NCBI GenBank assembly: GCA_965203175.1
Contig: OZ241867.1
Span: 1,312,001 to 1,376,000 of the forward strand
Origin: Candidatus Latescibacterota bacterium
GTDB taxonomy: Bacteria; Latescibacterota; UBA2968; UBA8231
Direction of reading: 5' to 3'
DNA length: 64,000 bases
Below the pieces are notes generated by a model that saw nothing but the letters and a program-made list of their open reading frames with translations, searched no databases and was not told where the DNA came from. A program made the translations under genes and the position numbers. Every line of letters begins with the position of its first letter. Within the stretch, counting starts at the first letter, position 1. Below are positions 59,959-64,000 of this stretch, piece by piece.

Positions 59959-60924
59959 ATGAACTATCGAGCCATATTTGTCGTCTGCTTGGCAACGCTG
60001 GGACTAGCTGTCGCAGGCTGGGGGCAAGCCGACGGTAAAATCGCATTTATCTCCGACCGCGAGGGGTACTCTGACGTGTGGATTATGAATGCGGATGGGA
60101 GCGACCCCGTAAACCTGACCCAAGGACGGGATTGCGCTAGCCCGGCTTGGTCTCCAGATGGCACGAAGATCGCCTATATTGCCAGCGGCGAAATCTGGTT
60201 GATGGACGCCGCCGGCAGCAATCCGCAACAGGTGACAGACGATGCCGTCGATAAAGCGCGGCTTTTTTGGTCTGAAGACGGGAGTAGCATTTACTATGTC
60301 GCCGTCCCGACTTGGCCGCTTCCGGACGAGTGGGCCCCTGATGCGTTCCTTGCGGAGTTGGATGGCAGTGGCTCGTCGCCCGTGGACTGGAGAGAAGTAT
60401 ACAGCCGCTTCCTCCCTGGTGTTTCCCCTGACGGAAGCCAACTAGCAACTGTCACGTTGTGGGATGGAGAGGGGGGCCATAGGCATGGTCCCCGTGTTCT
60501 CCGGCCGGGCGAGCCCGGCACTGTCCGGCCAGGCGAGCCCTACACAGCAAAGCACAGGCGCTACGAAGCGGGCCGTGTCCATGCTCTCTTCTACATCGGC
60601 ACCAGTGCCTTTGATCACATGCACTCAGGTGATCTCCTGCCTGAATCGCTGCAGAATAAACTGATATATACCGAACCCTACGAAGAGTGGCGAACCTACC
60701 CTACTTGGTCGCCCGACGGCCTGAGAATAGCCTTCGCTAGTTTTCTCGATTTCATGGGTCAGTTTGAGATTTGGGCTGCTGATACAGACGGGGACAACTG
60801 GGTCGAGTTGACCAACGGCTTGGGAGGACATGAGCCCGCTTGGCAACCTGTCGTCCCTTCTGCTACTGCCACGAGAGTAGAGTCTCAGCCGTGGGGACAG
60901 ATCAAAGCGCTGCTTTCTCATTAA
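59959..60924 (+). CDS. Secreted TolB/PD40-like beta-propeller protein, array member
   Basis: Close paralog of 50159 with an inserted loop, tail TRVESQPWGQIK. Confidence 0.88.
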   Translation: MNYRAIFVVCLATLGLAVAGWGQADGKIAFISDREGYSDVWIMNADGSDPVNLTQGRDCASPAWSPDGTKIAYIASGEIWLMDAAGSNPQQVTDDAVDKARLFWSEDGSSIYYVAVPTWPLPDEWAPDAFLAELDGSGSSPVDWREVYSRFLPGVSPDGSQLATVTLWDGEGGHRHGPRVLRPGEPGTVRPGEPYTAKHRRYEAGRVHALFYIGTSAFDHMHSGDLLPESLQNKLIYTEPYEEWRTYPTWSPDGLRIAFASFLDFMGQFEIWAADTDGDNWVELTNGLGGHEPAWQPVVPSATATRVESQPWGQIKALLSH

Positions 60925-61009
60925 TCGCGCCTCGTGCGTAGGGGTGGTGTGGAGCGCAAGCGCATGGAGAATACGGGTTGCGCCGACTTAAGACGTCGCA
61001 AGCGGCTAA

Positions 61010-61065
61010 CACGGAAAGTCGTGGAAAATCCACGGAAAATCGTGAATATTCCACGAAAAAACGTG
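61010..61065. promoter_or_regulatory. Three phased palindromes CACG-N6-CGTG (putative UAS)
   Basis: Copies start at 61010, 61031 and 61052, a 21-bp period. The last copy is 136 bp upstream of the -24 element. Confidence 0.75.
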
Positions 61066-61129
61066 GAAAACTTTGCGCCGACGGCTGAGACTGTGCATCG
61101 CAGAAAGGCTCGTTTCATATTTTAAGTGT

Positions 61130-61171
61130 TATGTTTTTCAAGCCTTTAGGGTATTACTAAAGGCTTTTTTG
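61130..61171 (+). terminator. Conserved hairpin plus T-run overlapping an IHF-like site, copy 4
   Basis: AAGCCTTTAG/CTAAAGGCTT-TTTT, a compensatory change relative to the other copies. Confidence 0.62.
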
Positions 61172-61187
61172 TCGGCGATCGTATTTT

Positions 61188-61203
61188 TGGCACGGAATGT
61201 GCC
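61188..61203 (+). promoter_or_regulatory. Sigma54 (-24/-12) promoter
   Basis: TGGCACGGAATGTGCC. Confidence 0.78.
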
Positions 61204-61256
61204 TATATTCCCTCCATAGCGAACCCTATTCATAACCTTTTGCAAGGAGCTACGTT

Positions 61257-62291
61257 ATGAACAATCGGTCTCTACTGATCGCCTGCTTGGCAACGCTGGG
61301 GCTGGCCGTCGCTGGCTGGGGGCAAGCCGACGGTAAGGATGTTGACAATCCGGCCGATCCGTCGCTGTCGGCGGGGATTGGGCAAGCGGTGACGAGCAGT
61401 GGTGGGGAGGCTTGGGTCGTCGGAGCCATACGCCGCCTGACTGACTATTCGGCCAGCTACAGCTCTCCGTCTTGGTCCCCGGATGGTCAGCACATCGCCT
61501 TTGGGTTCGAGCGCGACGGCCGGGCTAAGATTTACGTGATAGGTTCGGATGGGAGCGACTTCCGCCGCTTGACCGACCACCCGGCTTGGGCCGCGCTTCC
61601 CACTTGGTCCCCGGATGGTCAGCACATCGCCTTCGTGTCTGAGCGCGGCGTCAGCGATATTTACGTGATAAGTTCGGATGGGAGCGACCGCCGCAATCTG
61701 ACCAACGATTCGCATTGGGACTGGTCTCCGTCTTGGTCTCCAGATGGTCGGCACATCGCCTTCGTGTCCGGGCGCGGTAGCTACGGCAAGGCTGAGATTT
61801 ACGTGATAGATTCGGATGGGAGCAACTCTCGCCGCCTGACCGACCACCCGGAGCAGGTCGATTCTCCCACTTGGTCCCCGGATGGTCAGCACATCGCCTT
61901 CGTGTCCGAGCGCGGCGGCAGGGCTGGGATTTACGTGATGGGATCGGATGGGAGCAACCCTCGCCGCCTGACGGACCCCTCGGCCGACTACAAGTCTCCG
62001 TCTTGGTCTCCAGACGGCCAGTACATCGCCTTTGAGTCCGAGTGGTACGACAGGGTTGGGATTTACGTGATGGATTCGGATGGGAGCAACCCCCGCCGCT
62101 TGACGGACCCCTCGGCCGACTACAGGTCTCCGTCTTGGTCTCCGGATGGTCGGTACATCGCCTTCGAGTCCAACCGCGACGGCGACTGGGGGATTTACGT
62201 GATGGACATCGCGTCTTATACCGGTGGGGAGCCGACGGCTGTGGCCGAGACCTCGTGGGGACGGATCAAATCGTTGCTTTCAACCCCATGA
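61257..62291 (+). CDS. Secreted PD40-repeat protein (6 regular repeats) with WGxIK tail
   Basis: Paralog of 58767, tail GGEPTAVAETSWGRIKSLLSTP. Confidence 0.9.
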   Translation: MNNRSLLIACLATLGLAVAGWGQADGKDVDNPADPSLSAGIGQAVTSSGGEAWVVGAIRRLTDYSASYSSPSWSPDGQHIAFGFERDGRAKIYVIGSDGSDFRRLTDHPAWAALPTWSPDGQHIAFVSERGVSDIYVISSDGSDRRNLTNDSHWDWSPSWSPDGRHIAFVSGRGSYGKAEIYVIDSDGSNSRRLTDHPEQVDSPTWSPDGQHIAFVSERGGRAGIYVMGSDGSNPRRLTDPSADYKSPSWSPDGQYIAFESEWYDRVGIYVMDSDGSNPRRLTDPSADYRSPSWSPDGRYIAFESNRDGDWGIYVMDIASYTGGEPTAVAETSWGRIKSLLSTP

Positions 62292-62336
62292 CATACATCT
62301 AATCTTCTCATTCATCCTTCTGAAAGGAGCCACGTT

Positions 62337-63281
62337 ATGAACTATCGGTCTCTACTGATTGTCTGTTTGGCAACGCTAGGGCTAGCCATCGCTGGCTGGG
62401 GGCAAGCAGATGGTAAAATAGCGTTTATCTCCGACCGCGAGGGGCACAAGGACGTTTGGATTATGAATGCGGATGGGAGCGACCCCGTGAGCCTAACCCA
62501 AGGGCAGTATTGCGCTAGCCCGGCTTGGTCCCCGGATGGCACGAAGATCGCCTATATAGACATTGGTGCCGATCATTCTGGTAGTGATGTCTGGGTGGTA
62601 GACGCCGCCGGCGGCAATCTGCAACAACTGACAGGCAAGCCAGTGACGGAATACATAGCCAGGGGAGCTCTTTTTTGGTCTGAAGACGGAAGTAGCATTC
62701 GCTTCTACGCGTTGGGCCGCACAGACATATTCGCTGTGGCGCTGGACGGCAGTGGATCCTCACGCATGGAATGGACGGAGGGGGCTTTGGAAATCCTCCG
62801 CTTCCGAAACCACCACCATCTTTCTCCAGACGGAACCAAACGAGCCTCCGTCGCCTTGCCGCGTGATGACGTAGAAGGCCAAGCTCTCTTCATGATCTAC
62901 AATGTCGAAGACAGGCAGACCACGGTCGCCCGGGCCATTACCCTGTCCGACCAACCTAACGTCGATCTCTCTGCTCTGGATCGCGCCGCTTGGTTTTACC
63001 CTTCTTTTCCCCTTACTTGGGCACCCAACGGCACGAGGGTAGCCTTCACTTCGTACACCGTTCGCGAAAGGACTGACACTCCTTCCCCCAACGACTTTTC
63101 CTATTCCGAAGCCACTGGGGAGATTTGGGCCGTTGATATAGACGGGAGCAACTTGGTCGAGTTGACCAACGGCTTGGGTGGATATTCTCCCGCTTGGCAA
63201 CCAGTTTCCTCTTCTACTATTGCTACAAGTGTCGAAACCCAGTCGTGGGGACGGATCAAATCGCTGCTTTCAACCCCATGA
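62337..63281 (+). CDS. Secreted TolB/PD40-like beta-propeller protein, array member
   Basis: Conserved ends, variable centre, tail TSVETQSWGRIK. Confidence 0.88.
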   Translation: MNYRSLLIVCLATLGLAIAGWGQADGKIAFISDREGHKDVWIMNADGSDPVSLTQGQYCASPAWSPDGTKIAYIDIGADHSGSDVWVVDAAGGNLQQLTGKPVTEYIARGALFWSEDGSSIRFYALGRTDIFAVALDGSGSSRMEWTEGALEILRFRNHHHLSPDGTKRASVALPRDDVEGQALFMIYNVEDRQTTVARAITLSDQPNVDLSALDRAAWFYPSFPLTWAPNGTRVAFTSYTVRERTDTPSPNDFSYSEATGEIWAVDIDGSNLVELTNGLGGYSPAWQPVSSSTIATSVETQSWGRIKSLLSTP

Positions 63282-63326
63282 CATACATCTAACCTTCTCA
63301 TTCATCCTTATGAAAGGAGCCGAGTT

Positions 63327-64000
63327 ATGAACTATCGATCCATATTGATCGCCTGCTTAGCAACGCTGGGGTTAGCCGTTGCTGGCTGGGGGCAAGCCGA
63401 CGGTAAAATCGCGTTTATCTCCGACCGCGAGGGATACGAGGACGTGTGGATTATGAATGCGGATGGGAGCGATCCCGTAAACCTAACCCAAGGACGGCAT
63501 TGCACTACCCCAGCTTGGTCCCCGGATGGCACGCAGATCGCCTATATCTACCTCGACGATTATCCCCATGGTCGGTACGGTGGAGAGATTTGGTTGATGG
63601 ATGCCGACGGCGGCAATCCACAGCAGCTAACAGACGATTCCGTCGATAAAACATCGCTTTCGTGGTCGGCCGACGGGAGTAGCATTTACTATGTCGTCAG
63701 GTGGACGGCGGAAATGACTAAGGAGTCGGAGGCGGGTGAGAGGGACGGCCCTGATGCGTTTGTTATGGCGCTGGACGGCAGTGGCCCTTCGCCCGTGGAC
63801 TGGCGAGAGGTGCCCCACTTCCGTCACTCCAGTCTTTCCCCGGACGGAACCAAAGAAGCCATCGTCGTGTTGCGGGAAAAAGGGGACGCAGAGAATCTCG
63901 CCCGCCTCTATGTCCGCGATGCCAATGAAGACGAGTACTTTATCGCCCGGTCCACCGGCAAGTACCCGGGTATTCCTCTGCTTGGCTTACCCCGGAACGC
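63327..64000 (+). CDS. Secreted TolB/PD40-like array member (runs off window end)
   Basis: SD GAAAGGAG, then ATG AAC TAT CGA (MNYRSILIACLATLGLAVAGWGQADGKIAFISDREG). Frame appears open to the window end. Confidence 0.85.
   Translation, partial: MNYRSILIACLATLGLAVAGWGQADGKIAFISDREGYEDVWIMNADGSDPVNLTQGRHCTTPAWSPDGTQIAYIYLDDYPHGRYGGEIWLMDADGGNPQQLTDDSVDKTSLSWSADGSSIYYVVRWTAEMTKESEAGERDGPDAFVMALDGSGPSPVDWREVPHFRHSSLSPDGTKEAIVVLREKGDAENLARLYVRDANEDEYFIARSTGKYPGIPLLGLPRN

Noticed and set aside
50159-63281. Annotating array genes as true tolB
   Set aside because: They lack the TolB N-terminal domain and the tolQRA/pal context. Only the PD40-type blades are shared.
50159-64000. Diversity-generating retroelement as the source of variation
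   Set aside because: No reverse transcriptase in the window, and differences are segmental or indels rather than adenine-specific.

Overview
A 64-kb window of a moderately GC-rich bacterium. Several traits point to an FCB-related candidate lineage such as Latescibacterota, possibly a marine or sponge symbiont (inference only): FlgD-Ig/T9SS-like C-terminal domains, Gln at the mature N-terminus of secreted proteins, futalosine mqnB/mqnD, and multiple PhyH enzymes and sulfatases. Bases 1-33.5 kb hold housekeeping and catabolic genes (gap, rnd, ogt, MscS channel, M20 peptidase, two PhyH, two sulfatases, two Gfo/Idh/MocA enzymes, GH-like propellers, a DUF6785 membrane protein). Bases 33.6-37.5 kb are a decayed restriction-modification islet with an IS5-family element. 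Bases 37.5-42.4 kb carry mqnBD, an atypical enolase-family gene and a divergent purM. The most striking region is 42.4-64 kb, a candidate undescribed sigma54-controlled secreted-protein system with four parts: (1) two paralogous beta-propeller/Y_Y_Y/sigma54-activator fusion proteins with no signal peptide or membrane helix; (2) four copies of a ~200-bp regulatory cassette (phased YACG-N6-CGTR palindromes, a co-varying hairpin overlapping an IHF-like site, and a -24/-12 promoter); (3) a tandem, mosaic array of secreted TolB/PD40/WD40 propeller proteins showing gene-replacement scars; (4) a short C-terminal tail, T-[ASGR]-[VI]-x3-[STP]-W-G-x-[IVL]-K, found in 13 ORFs of unrelated folds, which looks like a protein-sorting signal. 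No rRNA, tRNA or CRISPR array was seen. All family assignments come from motif recognition by eye, not database searches.
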